From Escherichia coli (GTDB lineage Bacteria > Pseudomonadota > Gammaproteobacteria > Enterobacterales > Enterobacteriaceae), in NCBI RefSeq assembly GCF_003790525.1, contig NZ_CP033635.1: DNA of 64,000 bases, one strand, 5' to 3'. Positions 1 to 11,429 of this stretch are shown in pieces. Below the pieces are notes generated by a model. The model saw only the letters and a program-made list of their open reading frames with translations, was not told where the DNA came from and did no database searches. How positions within the stretch are numbered: the first letter of the stretch is position 1; each line of letters starts with the position of its first letter. The translations under genes were made by a program, and so were the position numbers.

Positions 1-1030
1 GGAATTTTTTCAGCACGCGAATGGCGGTCGGCGCTGAGAACATCCGACTAACCTGATATTTCTCGACGATTTTCCACCACACGCCGCAGTCCGGCCAGGT
101 CGGTAATCCTTCGTAAACGATAGTCGCCATCCCCGCCAGCAGCGGCGCGTAGACGATATACGAATGCCCCACCACCCAGCCGATATCCGACGCACAGAAG
201 AACACACCGCCCGCTTTGCCGCCAAAAATGGTGTCCATCGAGGTCGCCAGCGCCACCGCATATCCGCCAACGTCACGTTGCACGCCTTTAGGTTTGCCGG
301 TCGTGCCGGAGGTGTAGAGAATGCAGGAGGTTTCGTTGGATTCCAGCCACGCCACCGGTACCCGCGCGCCGATGTGTTGATGGCGCAATGACGCGAAATC
401 GACATCCCGTCCGGTAACGCGCGCCATTTTCGCCAGCCCGCGATCCACCAGTAAAACGTGGCGCGGCTGATGATGCGCCTGGCTTATCGCATCGTCGAGC
501 AATTTTTTATACGGAATAATTTTGCCACCGCGCGCTCCGGCATCAGCCGAGACAATCAGCACCGGTTTAGCATCATCAATTCGCGCCGCCACGCTGTGCG
601 AGGCAAATCCACCAAACACCACCGAGTGAATAGCGCCAATGCGCGCGCAGGCCAGCAGAGTAATATGCGCTTCGGCAATCATCGGCATATACACCAGCAC
701 CCGATCGCCACGCCGTACGCCCAGTGAGCGCAGCATTGACGCCACTGCGTTCACTTCGTCATGCAGCTGACGAAAGGTAAAGGTGCGCTCTTCTTCTGTT
801 TCCGAAGAGACGGCAATCAGCGCCAGCGCCTCTGGCTGTTTCTCCAGCCAGCGGTCGATAGCGTTGTGACACAAGTTGGTTCGGCCTTCACAAAACCAAC
901 GGGCAAACGGCGGATTGCTGTGATCAAGCGTTTGCGTAAAGGGCGTCTGCCAGTCAATACGCCGGGCCTGCTCGGCCCAGAACTTCTCCGGTTCGTTAAT
1001 CGAACGCTGATAAAATTCGCTAAAAGACAT
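1..1030 (-). CDS. prpE: Propionyl-CoA synthetase PrpE, N-terminal part only (start codon at 1030; 3' end lies beyond window start)
   Basis: Reverse-strand translation from 1030 gives MSFSEFYQRSINEPE..., matching PrpE N-terminus; sits downstream of prpD in prpBCDE order. Track ORFs 10..405(-) and 761..1441(+) are out-of-frame overlaps. Confidence 0.88.
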   Translation of the reverse strand, partial: MSFSEFYQRSINEPEKFWAEQARRIDWQTPFTQTLDHSNPPFARWFCEGRTNLCHNAIDRWLEKQPEALALIAVSSETEEERTFTFRQLHDEVNAVASMLRSLGVRRGDRVLVYMPMIAEAHITLLACARIGAIHSVVFGGFASHSVAARIDDAKPVLIVSADAGARGGKIIPYKKLLDDAISQAHHQPRHVLLVDRGLAKMARVTGRDVDFASLRHQHIGARVPVAWLESNETSCILYTSGTTGKPKGVQRDVGGYAVALATSMDTIFGGKAGGVFFCASDIGWVVGHSYIVYAPLLAGMATIVYEGLPTWPDCGVWWKIVEKYQVSRMFSAPTAIRVLKKF

Positions 1031-1069
1031 AATGCTCTCCTGTTGAACTTACGCCTTACCGCTGTTTGC

Positions 1070-2521
1070 TTAAATGACGTACAGGTCGAGATACTCATTG
1101 ACCGGCATCTGTTCCAGGCGAGCTCTGTCGAGAGAAACCTCCAGAATGCGCTGCTGTTGGCGAGTCGGGAACTGGCGCGCGAGATTGATTTTGAATTTAT
1201 CGACCAGCTTCGGAATTCCATCCTGACGGCGGCGAGCATGACCAATTGGGTACTCCACCACCTCTTCTTCAAAGCGCGTGCCGTCGGTGAACTCAAGGGT
1301 TATGGCATTGGCGATGGCGCGTTTTTCCGGGTCGTGGTAGTCAGCGGTAAACGCCGGATCTTCAAAGCAATTGATCTTCTCGCGCAGGGCGTCGATGCGT
1401 TTATCTTGCGCAACGTTGTCCTCGTAATCTGCCGCCGTTAAGCGCCCGAACAGCAGCGGGATCGCCACCATGTACTGAATGCAGTGGTCGCGGTCAGCCG
1501 GGTTATTGAGCGGCCCTTTTTTGTCGATGATGCGAATACAGGCTTCGTGGGTGCGAATGGTCACTTTTTCGATATCCGCCGCCGTTTTGCCTGCTGCCTG
1601 CATCTGTTCATAGAGCGTCATCGCCGCTTCAACTGCCGTCTGGGAGTGGAACTCCGCCGGGAAGGAGATTTTGAACAGCACATTCTCCATGACGTAAGAA
1701 CCGTACGGGCGCTGGAAGCGGAACGATTCACCTTTAAAGGAGACGTCGTAGAAACCCCACACAGGCGCAGTCAGGGCTGACGGGTAGCCCATTTCGCCCG
1801 TTTTCGCCATCAGTGCCAGACGTACCGCGCGGGACGTGGCATCGCCCGCCGCCCAGGATTTACGCGTGCCGGTGTTCGGCGCATGGCGATAGGTGCGCAG
1901 CGACTGACCGTCCACCCACGCCAGCGAAACAGCGTTGAGGATTTCATCACGGGTCAGGCCAAGCATTTCGGCGACCACGGCGGTGGAAGCCACTTTCACT
2001 AACAGAACGTGGTCAAGGCCGACGCGATTAAAGGAGTTTTCCAGCGCGATGCAGCCCTGAATTTCATGGGCTTTAATCATTGCGGTCAGCACCTGTTTCA
2101 TGGTCAACGGCGCTTTGCCGCTGGCGACCGCGTTGCGCGAAAGCCAGTCCGCCGTTGCCAGAATGCCGCCGAGGTTGTCGGAAGGATGGCCCCACTCCGC
2201 CGCCAGCCAGGTATCGTTGAAATCGAGCCAACGGATCATCGCGCCGATGTTAAATGCCGCCTGGACGGGGTCGAGCTGGAACTGAGTTCCGGGGACGCGC
2301 ACGCCGTTAGGTACGACGGTGCCGGGGACAATTGGCCCCAGCAGTTTTTTACAGGCTGGGTATTCGAGAGCTTCAAGACCGCAGCCGAGCGTGTCGAGCA
2401 GGCAGTAATGTGCAGTGTCGTAGGCTACTCTGGAGCTGATTTCGTAGTTCATCACGTAATCGACGATATCAACGATTTCACGATCAAATTCCGGGCGGAT
2501 GTTGTTGATTTGAGCTGACAT
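1070..2521 (-). CDS. prpD: 2-methylcitrate dehydratase
   Basis: 483 aa ORF, MmgE/PrpD-family sequence, same length as K-12 PrpD, in prpBCDE operon context. Confidence 0.93.
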   Translation of the reverse strand: MSAQINNIRPEFDREIVDIVDYVMNYEISSRVAYDTAHYCLLDTLGCGLEALEYPACKKLLGPIVPGTVVPNGVRVPGTQFQLDPVQAAFNIGAMIRWLDFNDTWLAAEWGHPSDNLGGILATADWLSRNAVASGKAPLTMKQVLTAMIKAHEIQGCIALENSFNRVGLDHVLLVKVASTAVVAEMLGLTRDEILNAVSLAWVDGQSLRTYRHAPNTGTRKSWAAGDATSRAVRLALMAKTGEMGYPSALTAPVWGFYDVSFKGESFRFQRPYGSYVMENVLFKISFPAEFHSQTAVEAAMTLYEQMQAAGKTAADIEKVTIRTHEACIRIIDKKGPLNNPADRDHCIQYMVAIPLLFGRLTAADYEDNVAQDKRIDALREKINCFEDPAFTADYHDPEKRAIANAITLEFTDGTRFEEEVVEYPIGHARRRQDGIPKLVDKFKINLARQFPTRQQQRILEVSLDRARLEQMPVNEYLDLYVI

Positions 2522-2554
2522 TGGGTACGTTTCCTTATTGTTATTCGTAGAGGT

Positions 2555-3724
2555 TTACTGGCGCTTATCCAGCGCGACAAACTGGCGGTCTTCCGGTCCA
2601 ACATAATTGGCGGAAGGACGGATAATTTTGTTGTCCTGACGTTGTTCGATAATGTGCGCCGCCCAGCCGGTGACGCGGGCGATAACAAACAGTGGTGTGA
2701 ACATCTCGGTGGGAACGCCCATCATTTTGTAGGAAACAGCGGAGAACCAGTCGAGATTGGGGAACATCTTTTTGCTCTCCCACATCACCGTTTCCAGGCG
2801 ATCGGCGATGTTGTACATCTTCAGCGAGCCGCCTTCCTGCGAGAGCTGCTTCGCCACGCGTTTGATCACCTGATGACGCGGGTCAGCGATGGTATAAACC
2901 GGATGTCCAAAACCAATCACCACTTCTTTGTTTTCCACGCGCTTGCGGATATCGGCTTCGGCTTCGTCCGGCGTTTCGTAACGTTGCTGGATCTCCAGCG
3001 ACACTTCATTCGCCCCGCCGTGTTTCGGCCCGCGCAGTGCGCCAATCGCGCCGATAATCGCTGAATACATGTCAGAGCCGGTGCCCGCAATCACCCGGCT
3101 GGTAAAGGTGGAGGCGTTAAACTCGTGTTCGGCGTACAGCACCAGCGAAATATGCATCGCCTTTTCCCAGCTTTGCGACGGCTTTTCACCATGCAGCAGA
3201 TGCAGGAAATGACCGCCTATAGAATCGTCATCGGTTTCCGGCTGGATGCGTTCGCCGTTGTGGCTGTAGTGATACCAGTAGAGAAGAATCGAGCTCAGCG
3301 ACGCCAACAGTTTGTCGGCAATATCACGCGCGCCGGAGACGGTATGCCCCTCTTTTTCTGGCAGCGTGCAGCCGAGCGCGGAAACGCCGGTGCGCATAAC
3401 ATCCATCGGGTGTGACGCCGCCGGTAAGGCTTCCAGCACGGTACGCACGTTAGCCGGTAAACCGCGCAGGGCTTTCAGTTTCGTTTTGTAGGCGGCGAGT
3501 TCGTCACGGGTCGGCAGTTTGCCGTGGATCAGCAGATGCGCTACTTCTTCAAATTCGCAATGTTCCGCCAGATCAAGAATGTCGTAGCCGCGGTAATGCA
3601 AATCATTGCCGCTTTTACCCACGGTGCAGAGCGCTGTATTGCCCGCCGGAACGCCAGAAAGCGCCACCGATTTTTTCGGTTTAATGACATGGGTACTGTT
3701 TTGCAGGATCGTTGTGTCGCTCAT
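2555..3724 (-). CDS. prpC: 2-methylcitrate synthase
   Basis: 389 aa ORF, citrate-synthase family, operon context. Confidence 0.93.
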   Translation of the reverse strand: MSDTTILQNSTHVIKPKKSVALSGVPAGNTALCTVGKSGNDLHYRGYDILDLAEHCEFEEVAHLLIHGKLPTRDELAAYKTKLKALRGLPANVRTVLEALPAASHPMDVMRTGVSALGCTLPEKEGHTVSGARDIADKLLASLSSILLYWYHYSHNGERIQPETDDDSIGGHFLHLLHGEKPSQSWEKAMHISLVLYAEHEFNASTFTSRVIAGTGSDMYSAIIGAIGALRGPKHGGANEVSLEIQQRYETPDEAEADIRKRVENKEVVIGFGHPVYTIADPRHQVIKRVAKQLSQEGGSLKMYNIADRLETVMWESKKMFPNLDWFSAVSYKMMGVPTEMFTPLFVIARVTGWAAHIIEQRQDNKIIRPSANYVGPEDRQFVALDKRQ

Positions 3725-3768
3725 GTTGTCCTCGTCATTTGTAGGGTCGAGATATTTTTCGTTGTGTT

Positions 3769-4659
3769 TTATTTCGCCTGGTTACGGGCAAACAGGTCGT
3801 CGAGCTTCTCTTCGTACTGGTAGTAGTTGATGCTTTCGTACAGCTCGTTGCGGGTCTGCATGGTGTCGATGACGCTTTTCTGCGTGCCTTCCTGACGCAG
3901 GACGTTGTAGACATGTTCGGCGGCGCGGTTCATGGCACGGAACGCTGAAAGTGGGTACAGCGCCATTGCGACATGGGCGCTGCGTAATTCGTCGGTGGTA
4001 AACAGCGGTGTTGCGCCAAATTCGGTAATGTTGGCGAGGATTGGCACCTGCACCGCATCAGCAAACTGGCGGTACATGGCGAGTTCGGTAATCGCCTCCG
4101 GGAACAACATCTCGGCACCCGCTTCAACATAGGCCTGCGCGCGCTCGATCGCGGCGTCCAGCCCCTCTACCGCCAGCGCATCGGTGCGCGCCATGATCAC
4201 AAAATCAGGATCGGTTTTCGCATCCACCGCCGCGCGGATCCGATCCACCATCTCCTCTTTCGAGACGATCGCTTTGTTCGGACGATGACCGCAGCGTTTC
4301 GCACCAACCTGATCTTCAATATGCAATCCTGCCGCACCGGCTTTAATCATCGATTTCACGGTGCGCGCCACGTTAAAGGCCGAAGAACCAAAACCGATAT
4401 CCGCATCCACCAGCAGCGGCAGCGAACAAACGTCGGTAATACGGCGAATGTCAGTCAGCACATCATCAAGAGTAGAAATACCGAGATCGGGCAGCCCCAG
4501 CGATCCTGCCGCCACGCCACCGCCGGAGAGATAAATCGCCTGATATCCGGCACGCTGCGCCAGCAGCGCATGGTTAGCGTTGATGGTGCCAACAATTTGC
4601 AACGGGGTTTCTTTGCTAAGTGCAGCGCGAAACGCTTTACCTGGAGAGTGTAGAGACAT
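3769..4659 (-). CDS. prpB: 2-methylisocitrate lyase
   Basis: 296 aa ORF, isocitrate lyase/PEP mutase family, first gene of operon. Confidence 0.93.
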   Translation of the reverse strand: MSLHSPGKAFRAALSKETPLQIVGTINANHALLAQRAGYQAIYLSGGGVAAGSLGLPDLGISTLDDVLTDIRRITDVCSLPLLVDADIGFGSSAFNVARTVKSMIKAGAAGLHIEDQVGAKRCGHRPNKAIVSKEEMVDRIRAAVDAKTDPDFVIMARTDALAVEGLDAAIERAQAYVEAGAEMLFPEAITELAMYRQFADAVQVPILANITEFGATPLFTTDELRSAHVAMALYPLSAFRAMNRAAEHVYNVLRQEGTQKSVIDTMQTRNELYESINYYQYEEKLDDLFARNQAK

Positions 4660-4706
4660 AGCCCATCCTTTGTTATCAACTTGTTATTTGCGTTGATAAA
4701 GACAAA

Positions 4707-4721
4707 GCAATGAGTGTGCCA
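4707..4721 (-). promoter_or_regulatory. sigma54 (-24/-12) promoter for prpBCDE
   Basis: Minus strand reads TGGCAC-ACTCA-TTGC, exact match to TGGCAC-N5-TTGC; about 50 nt upstream of prpB start; divergent sigma54 activator prpR adjacent. Confidence 0.75.
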
Positions 4722-4800
4722 CAATTGCCTTAATAAAATTAAACATTTAATTTCAATGAGTTAAAGATAAAGTCATGAAGTAATCCGCAAATATGCGTTT

Positions 4801-4855
4801 CAGTTAACGTTTCAGGCAATGTTTCACCGCGTTTCATTGCAACAATTATGAAACA
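4801..4855. promoter_or_regulatory. Putative PrpR enhancer (UAS): phased GTTTCA repeats and 7-bp inverted repeat GTTTCAT-N10-ATGAAAC
   Basis: Four GTTTCA motifs at about 12-bp spacing plus inverted copy, located between prpR and the sigma54 promoter. Confidence 0.4.
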
Positions 4856-4897
4856 AGACTAAACCCAATATTCGGTTTCTTAACTTTGCGGTGCGCT

Positions 4898-6484
4898 ATG
4901 GCACATCCACCACGGCTGAATGACGACAAACCGGTTATCTGGACAGTATCGGTGACGCGCCTGTTCGAGCTGTTTCGCGATATCAGCCTCGAGTTTGATC
5001 ACCTGGCGAATATCACCCCTATTCAGCTTGGCTTTGAAAAAGCGGTGACCTACATCCGCAAGAAACTGGCAAACGAACGCTGCGATGCCATCATCGCTGC
5101 TGGCTCTAACGGCGCGTACCTGAAAAGCCGCCTGTCAGTGCCAGTTATTTTGATTAAACCGAGCGGCTACGATGTATTACAGGCACTGGCAAAAGCCGGA
5201 AAACTCACCTCTTCTATCGGCGTTGTCACTTATCAGGAAACTATTCCGGCACTGGTGGCGTTTCAAAAAACCTTTAATTTGCGCCTCGACCAACGTAGCT
5301 ACATTACCGAAGAAGACGCGCGCGGGCAGATTAACGAGCTGAAAGCTAACGGCACCGAAGCGGTGGTCGGCGCGGGGCTGATTACCGATCTGGCAGAAGA
5401 AGCCGGAATGACCGGAATTTTTATCTATTCCGCCGCCACCGTACGCCAGGCATTCAGCGATGCGCTGGATATGACGCGCATGTCGTTACGCCATAACACT
5501 CACGATGCCACCCGCAACGCCCTGCGTACTCGTTACGTGCTGGGCGATATGCTCGGTCAATCACCACAGATGGAACAGGTACGGCAGACTATTTTGCTGT
5601 ATGCCCGCTCCAGTGCGGCGGTGTTGATTGAGGGGGAAACGGGGACGGGCAAAGAGCTGGCGGCCCAGGCGATTCATCGGGAATATTTTGCCCGCCACGA
5701 TGCGCGACAGGGCAAAAAGTCGCATCCGTTTGTTGCCGTCAACTGCGGGGCGATTGCTGAATCTCTGCTGGAAGCGGAGCTGTTTGGCTATGAGGAAGGA
5801 GCGTTTACCGGCTCGCGACGTGGAGGTCGCGCCGGGCTGTTCGAAATTGCCCACGGCGGTACGCTGTTTCTGGATGAGATTGGCGAAATGCCGCTACCTT
5901 TGCAGACTCGCCTGTTACGGGTGCTGGAAGAAAAAGAGGTCACCCGCGTCGGCGGGCATCAGCCTGTTCCGGTGGATGTGCGAGTCATTAGCGCCACTCA
6001 CTGCAATCTGGAAGAAGATATGCGGCAAGGGGAGTTTCGCCGTGATCTGTTTTATCGGCTGAGTATTTTGCGTCTGCAATTGCCACCACTGCGCGAGCGG
6101 GTGACGGATATTCTGCCGCTGGCGGAAAGCTTTTTGAAAGTGTCTCTGGCGGCGCTCTCCGCCCCGTTTTCTGCCGCATTACGCCAGGGGTTACAGGCAA
6201 GCGAAACCGTGCTGGTGCACTACGACTGGCCGGGCAATATTCGTGAACTGCGCAATATGATGGAGCGACTGGCGCTGTTTTTAAGTGTGGAACCGACGCC
6301 GGATTTAACGCCGCAATTTTTGCAGCTGCTACTGCCGGAACTGGCGCGCGAGTCGGCGAAAACTCCCGCTCCACGCTTACTGACACCACAACAGGCACTG
6401 GAGAAATTTAATGGCGATAAAACAGCAGCGGCGAATTATTTAGGTATCAGCCGGACGACGTTCTGGCGGCGGCTGAAAAGCTGA
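4898..6484 (+). CDS. prpR: sigma54-dependent propionate catabolism activator PrpR
   Basis: ORF contains AAA+ sigma54-activator motifs ([13 protein letters not shown]) and C-terminal HTH; start chosen at [10 protein letters not shown] giving 528 aa. Confidence 0.9.
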   Translation: MAHPPRLNDDKPVIWTVSVTRLFELFRDISLEFDHLANITPIQLGFEKAVTYIRKKLANERCDAIIAAGSNGAYLKSRLSVPVILIKPSGYDVLQALAKAGKLTSSIGVVTYQETIPALVAFQKTFNLRLDQRSYITEEDARGQINELKANGTEAVVGAGLITDLAEEAGMTGIFIYSAATVRQAFSDALDMTRMSLRHNTHDATRNALRTRYVLGDMLGQSPQMEQVRQTILLYARSSAAVLIEGETGTGKELAAQAIHREYFARHDARQGKKSHPFVAVNCGAIAESLLEAELFGYEEGAFTGSRRGGRAGLFEIAHGGTLFLDEIGEMPLPLQTRLLRVLEEKEVTRVGGHQPVPVDVRVISATHCNLEEDMRQGEFRRDLFYRLSILRLQLPPLRERVTDILPLAESFLKVSLAALSAPFSAALRQGLQASETVLVHYDWPGNIRELRNMMERLALFLSVEPTPDLTPQFLQLLLPELARESAKTPAPRLLTPQQALEKFNGDKTAAANYLGISRTTFWRRLKS

Positions 6485-6487
6485 ACT

Positions 6488-6517
6488 GCCGAATGCAGCG
6501 CGAACGCTTTATCCGGC
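6488..6517. repeat. REP (repetitive extragenic palindromic) element
   Basis: GCCGAATGCAGCGCGAACGCTTTATCCGGC resembles REP consensus; lies between convergent prpR and yahO. Confidence 0.5.
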
Positions 6518-6584
6518 ATAAATTTCAATAGATGATGATCACCGATAAACTTACGCATCGGGGATGTTTACATAGGATTCAGAA

Positions 6585-6860
6585 TTACTTCTTCTTATAA
6601 ATATTTGCCGTGCCGTGGATCTTATTGTCAGTTTGACCGGAGGTCAGTACCAACACATCAGCCCCTTTTTCATCGGCTTTTTTGATCAAATCTTCTTTCG
6701 CATCTGCGGTCGACATTTCATTACTGGTTGAAATATCACCTATTTTTTCATATTGCGATGCAACCTTTTCAAATTCCGCTTTGGTCATTAATTCTGCGGC
6801 ATAGACATTGGTAACGGCAAACGCTAACGCACCGACTAACATTTTAGAGATTATTTTCAT
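6585..6860 (-). CDS. yahO: Periplasmic DUF1471/YhcN-family protein YahO
   Basis: 91 aa ORF with N-terminal signal peptide ([22 protein letters not shown]); synteny. Confidence 0.8.
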   Translation of the reverse strand: MKIISKMLVGALAFAVTNVYAAELMTKAEFEKVASQYEKIGDISTSNEMSTADAKEDLIKKADEKGADVLVLTSGQTDNKIHGTANIYKKK

Positions 6861-7006
6861 ATTACGGCTCCAGAGTTGTTATCACACTATCACCCACCCA
6901 CATTATTGGGTTGATTAATAATTAGTTCAGTCAGGGCATAAACGCCAGTAACCGGAAATAAGACACTTTGTGATCTCTCTCGCACCCGATTATTTTTGGT
7001 AGAAAT

Positions 7007-7678
7007 ATGATGAAGTTACTTCACTTATTTATGGATGAAATCACTATGGATCCTTTGCACGCCGTTTACCTGACCGTAGGACTGTTCGTGATTACTTTTT
7101 TTAATCCGGGAGCCAATCTCTTTGTGGTAGTACAAACCAGCCTGGCTTCCGGTCGACGCGCAGGGGTGCTGACCGGGCTGGGCGTGGCGCTGGGCGATGC
7201 ATTTTATTCCGGGTTGGGTTTGTTTGGTCTTGCAACGCTAATTACGCAGTGTGAGGAGATTTTTTCGCTTATCAGAATCGTCGGCGGCGCTTATCTCTTA
7301 TGGTTTGCGTGGTGCAGCATGCGCCGCCAGTCAACACCGCAAATGAGCACACTACAACAACCGATTAACGCCCCCTGGTATGTCTTTTTTCGCCGCGGAT
7401 TAATTACCGATCTCTCTAACCCGCAAACCGTGTTATTTTTTATCAGTATTTTCTCAGTAACATTAAATGCCGAAACACCAACATGGGCACGTTTAATGGC
7501 CTGGGCGGGGATTGTGCTCGCATCAATTATCTGGCGAGTCTTTCTTAGTCAGGCGTTTTCTTTGCCCGCAGTGCGTCGTGCTTATGGGCGTATGCAACGC
7601 GTTGCCAGTCGGATTATTGGTGCAATTATTGGTGTATTCGCGCTACGCCTGATTTACGAAGGGGTGACGCAGCGGTGA
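7007..7678 (+). CDS. yahN: LysE/RhtB-family amino-acid exporter
   Basis: 223 aa hydrophobic ORF with LysE-type N-terminus; synteny. Confidence 0.8.
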   Translation: MMKLLHLFMDEITMDPLHAVYLTVGLFVITFFNPGANLFVVVQTSLASGRRAGVLTGLGVALGDAFYSGLGLFGLATLITQCEEIFSLIRIVGGAYLLWFAWCSMRRQSTPQMSTLQQPINAPWYVFFRRGLITDLSNPQTVLFFISIFSVTLNAETPTWARLMAWAGIVLASIIWRVFLSQAFSLPAVRRAYGRMQRVASRIIGAIIGVFALRLIYEGVTQR

Positions 7679-7694
7679 GCAGATAATTTACTCT

Positions 7695-7940
7695 CTACGT
7701 AATCAACCTGATTTGCCGGATCCCGACCATCGGCGATGATAGCCCCCGTAATGCGTGGTCCTTATTTCCGATAAGTTTACTTGAGTCTTTAGCTTCCCAT
7801 TTCAGCCCACTCTCCCCTGTGTGGGCTTTTTTCATTGCTCTGACCCGTCCTGAATAGCCAAACAATGGCAATGTTTCACTTTGCAGGGATGATAATAAGG
7901 GGATCTGATTCAGAAGAGTTATGAAAAGTTGGACCGCCAT
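7695..7940 (-). CDS. yahM: Hypothetical small protein YahM (81 aa from internal Met of the track ORF)
   Basis: Position and length match K-12 yahM; no recognizable domain. Confidence 0.45.
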   Translation of the reverse strand: MAVQLFITLLNQIPLLSSLQSETLPLFGYSGRVRAMKKAHTGESGLKWEAKDSSKLIGNKDHALRGLSSPMVGIRQIRLIT

Positions 7941-8353
7941 CGAGGCCTCGAACCCCGTACCATACAACAATCCTGGTTGTCGTCTGCTCTTCCTGATGAG
8001 CTAATGGCGGTTTTTGATATGAGCCTTACAGCATATTTTCTGTCAGGCTTGAGTGCGATGCGTAAGATACAGAAAAGCCCCCACACAAACATGATGGAAT
8101 TATGATTTTTTTCATATGAATGTCAACCCACACATTCACAAAACATCTGCATGAGATCATTTTTTTATACACCGTATAGCTGCGAAACCACTGCTGATGC
8201 TTTTTTAAGCGAAGCGTCGCCGATCACAACAAAATATCGGCGAAAAAGGCGGTGGAATGCCATTTGGCATACGGATATACAGATGAAATGATCACCTGCT
8301 TTGCGATTCACTCTCTGGTGGAATAACAACTCGCAGGTGGAACCCTTTCTGAA

Positions 8354-9169
8354 CTAAAGAGTGTAGCGGATTTTAACGTGCTTATTTACAGGATAATATC
8401 TGTCACCTAACTCCTGCACTCTATTAGATATCCATTCATTTAATCGCGCATCATCTCTGTATGTTTTTACGTCCAGAACAGAGAGCAATAACCTCACCAG
8501 TGATTCAGGAAAAACAGGGTAGATATTTTTTAAGTGTAATAATAATCCATGCGCAAGCGCCTGCTTAATGGGCGCGTCGGTCTCCGGGATAGACGACATT
8601 TCGCGAAGCCATTTTTCCACATGCATACACTCTTTCCCTTTAGGGAAAAGTCTCAGCAAAGGCATATGGTGTTCAAGAAGAATACATTTGCAATCTGTTC
8701 GCACTGAATCGATAAACTGCTCTAATTTCTTAAGCCCGGTAAAGCGTCCAGCCTGCACATTTGCTTTAATATCAAGAAACGCATCATCCTGGTCATATAC
8801 CCAAACTGTCCCTTTTTGATTTTCAAGTATGCGAAAAACAAACTTAACCGGGTGATCAGGGTAATCCATCCAGTCATAAAACCCAGGGAAATCATTAAAC
8901 TGCACATTTATGGTGAGTGCGTTATCGTCTGACCACTCACAGTCTCGTACGGCAGCCATGAGATGAATGAGTTTGTCGTCATCGACTAAATCATCACGAC
9001 AATCATAAGGATAATCATAATATTGTTTAATCAAAACCTTGAATATATCGACACAGGAGACCAGGGAGCTTTTGATATCCTCTGATAACTGATTGTTTTT
9101 AACAGTATTAAGTATGCTTTGTTGCGTATATGGCATCAAATTATTGTGCGGAGCTTTTAATGATATCAT
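8354..9169 (-). CDS. yahL: Hypothetical protein YahL
   Basis: 271 aa ORF, same size and position as K-12 yahL; low-GC, no known domain. Confidence 0.65.
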   Translation of the reverse strand: MISLKAPHNNLMPYTQQSILNTVKNNQLSEDIKSSLVSCVDIFKVLIKQYYDYPYDCRDDLVDDDKLIHLMAAVRDCEWSDDNALTINVQFNDFPGFYDWMDYPDHPVKFVFRILENQKGTVWVYDQDDAFLDIKANVQAGRFTGLKKLEQFIDSVRTDCKCILLEHHMPLLRLFPKGKECMHVEKWLREMSSIPETDAPIKQALAHGLLLHLKNIYPVFPESLVRLLLSVLDVKTYRDDARLNEWISNRVQELGDRYYPVNKHVKIRYTL

Positions 9170-9411
9170 CGCGATCTCTCTTAAATAAAAATAAACGTCG
9201 CAGATAATAAAGCCCTGATTAAACCAGGCACTATCAGAAATCGCTCATAACTAACGTGTGAAGTATTGTGTACTGGAGGGAGTTAATTTAACAATTTGAA
9301 TTTACGTTATAGGTTTTACTGCTACTTTGATATTATTTCGCTCTCCTTAACTAAAAAGTTAAGTGGAGAGCGAAGTTAATATGTTAAACCACAGGATATT
9401 TATTAATTGTT

Positions 9412-10461
9412 TCAGTCTGTTAGTGTGCGATTATCGATAACAAAACGATATTTCACATCACCTCGCAGCATTCGCTCATAGGCTTCATTAATTTGATCGG
9501 CCCGAATCATCTCTATATCAGCCACGATGTCATGTTCGGCGCAAAAATCGAGCATCTCCTGTGTTTCTGGAATGCCGCCAATCATAGAGCCGGCTATCGC
9601 ACGGCGTTTCATGATCAGGTTGAAAACTTCCGGTGATTTATGCGGTGTCGCAGGCGCACCAACCAGCGTCATGGTGCCATCACGCTTCAGCAAGGTGGTA
9701 AAATCGTCGAGATTATGTGGCGCAGCTACTGTATTCAAAATGAAATCGAAACTCTTGAGATGAGCCGCCATCTCATCGGCATTGCGTGAGTTAACAACTT
9801 CATCGGCCCCCAGGGCTTTTGCCGCTTCGCGTTTTGCCTCAGAAGTGGTAAATGCCACCACATGCGCCCCCATCGCGTGGGCCAGCTTAATCCCCATATG
9901 TCCCAGACCGCCGATGCCGACCACGCCCACTTTTTTTCCCGGCCCGGCCTGCCAGTGACGTAGCGGCGAATACGTGGTGATCCCTGCACACAACAAAGGT
10001 GCCACCGCCGCCAGCTGCTCTTGCGGGTGACGAATACGCAGAACATATCGCTCATGAACGACGATCTGTTGTGAGTAGCCGCCCAGAGTATGGCCCGGTT
10101 CGTCCGGCGTCGGCGAGTTATAGGTGCCGGTCATGTGATCACAGTAGTTTTCCAGCCCGTCTTCACACTCTTCGCAATGTTTACAACTGTCGACAATGCA
10201 GCCGACACCGACCAGATCGCCCGGCGCATGTTTTTCTACCTGATCACCAACGGCTACCACACGCCCCACAATTTCATGACCCGGCACACAGGGGTAAACC
10301 GTCCCCGCCCACTCGGAACGGACCTGGTGGATATCGGAATGGCAGACGCCACAGTAAGCGATTTCGATTTTGACATCATGCGGTCCCGGTTCACGCCGGG
10401 TGATATCCATCGGTTCCAGCGGTTGTTTAGCGGAATATGCACCAACAGCTTTGATCTTCAT
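9412..10461 (-). CDS. yahK: NADPH-dependent zinc-type aldehyde reductase (cinnamyl-alcohol dehydrogenase-like)
   Basis: 349 aa ORF with GHEIVG zinc-ADH motif and GxGxxG Rossmann motif. Confidence 0.9.
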   Translation of the reverse strand: MKIKAVGAYSAKQPLEPMDITRREPGPHDVKIEIAYCGVCHSDIHQVRSEWAGTVYPCVPGHEIVGRVVAVGDQVEKHAPGDLVGVGCIVDSCKHCEECEDGLENYCDHMTGTYNSPTPDEPGHTLGGYSQQIVVHERYVLRIRHPQEQLAAVAPLLCAGITTYSPLRHWQAGPGKKVGVVGIGGLGHMGIKLAHAMGAHVVAFTTSEAKREAAKALGADEVVNSRNADEMAAHLKSFDFILNTVAAPHNLDDFTTLLKRDGTMTLVGAPATPHKSPEVFNLIMKRRAIAGSMIGGIPETQEMLDFCAEHDIVADIEMIRADQINEAYERMLRGDVKYRFVIDNRTLTD

Positions 10462-10731
10462 TGTGTTTACTCCTGATTAGCTATGTGTATTTGGCGATGC
10501 CTGATATGTCATCGCGGCAAAACGCGTCCATTGAATATAGCCAATATTTAAACCACCCGATCCAGCCCCAACATGCCGCGAGCCTGAATGAAACAGAGCA
10601 GCAACGTTCCCCATAAGGCGAGCGCCTATAAGTGTGATATTTGCTATCCGTAAAAGACAAAAATCGGCAAAACTGATGATATTTTCACGTAGACAAATAG
10701 TTATCTACACAACGTTGGTAATGACTCCAAC

Positions 10732-11235
10732 TTATTGATAGTGTTTTATGTTCAGATAATGCCCGATGACTTTGTCATGCAGCTCCACCGATTTTGAGAA
10801 CGACAGCGACTTCCGTCCCAGCCGTGCCAGGTGCTGCCTCAGATTCAGGTTATGCCGCTCAATTCGCTGCGTATATCGCTTGCTGATTACGTGCAGCTTT
10901 CCCTTCAGGCGGGATTCATACAGCGGCCAGCCATCCGTCATCCATATCACCACGTCAAAGGGTGACAGCAGGCTCATAAGACGCCCCAGCGTCGCCATCG
11001 TGCGTTCACCGAATACGTGCGCAACAACCGTCTTCCGGAGCCTGTCATACGCGTAAAACAGCCAGCGCTGGCGCGATTTAGCCCCGACATAGCCCCACTG
11101 TTCGTCCATTTCCGCACAGACGATGACGTCACTGCCCGGCTGTATGCGCGAGGTTACCGACTGCGGCCTGAGTTTTTTAAGTGACGTAAAATCGTGTTGA
11201 GGCCAACGCCCATAATGCGGGCTGTTGCCCGGCAT
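10732..11235 (-). CDS. insB: IS1 transposase InsB frame
   Basis: 167 aa ORF matching IS1 InsB. Confidence 0.9.
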
Positions 11236-11429
11236 CCAACGCCATTCATGGCCATATCAATGATTTTCTGGTGCGTACCGGGTTGAGAAGCGGTGTAAGT
11301 GAACTGCAGTTGCCATGTTTTACGGCAGTGAGAGCAGAGATAGCGCTGATGTCCGGCGGTGCTTTTGCCGTTACGCACCACCCCGTCAGTAGCTGAACAG
11401 GAGGGACAGCTGATAGAAACAGAAGCCAC
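11154..11429 (-). CDS. insA: IS1 InsA (transposition repressor)
   Basis: 91 aa ORF matching IS1 InsA (zinc-finger CxxC...CxxC). Confidence 0.9.

Noticed and set aside
761..1441. 226-aa plus-strand ORF, and the overlapping 817..1296 minus-strand ORF
   Set aside because: Both lie inside and out of frame with prpE/prpD, whose identity is clear from translation; typical antisense or shifted-frame artefacts in GC-rich coding sequence.
3930..4132. Pair of 66-aa ORFs on opposite strands
   Set aside because: Both are embedded in prpB in other frames, with no ribosome-binding site and low-complexity composition.
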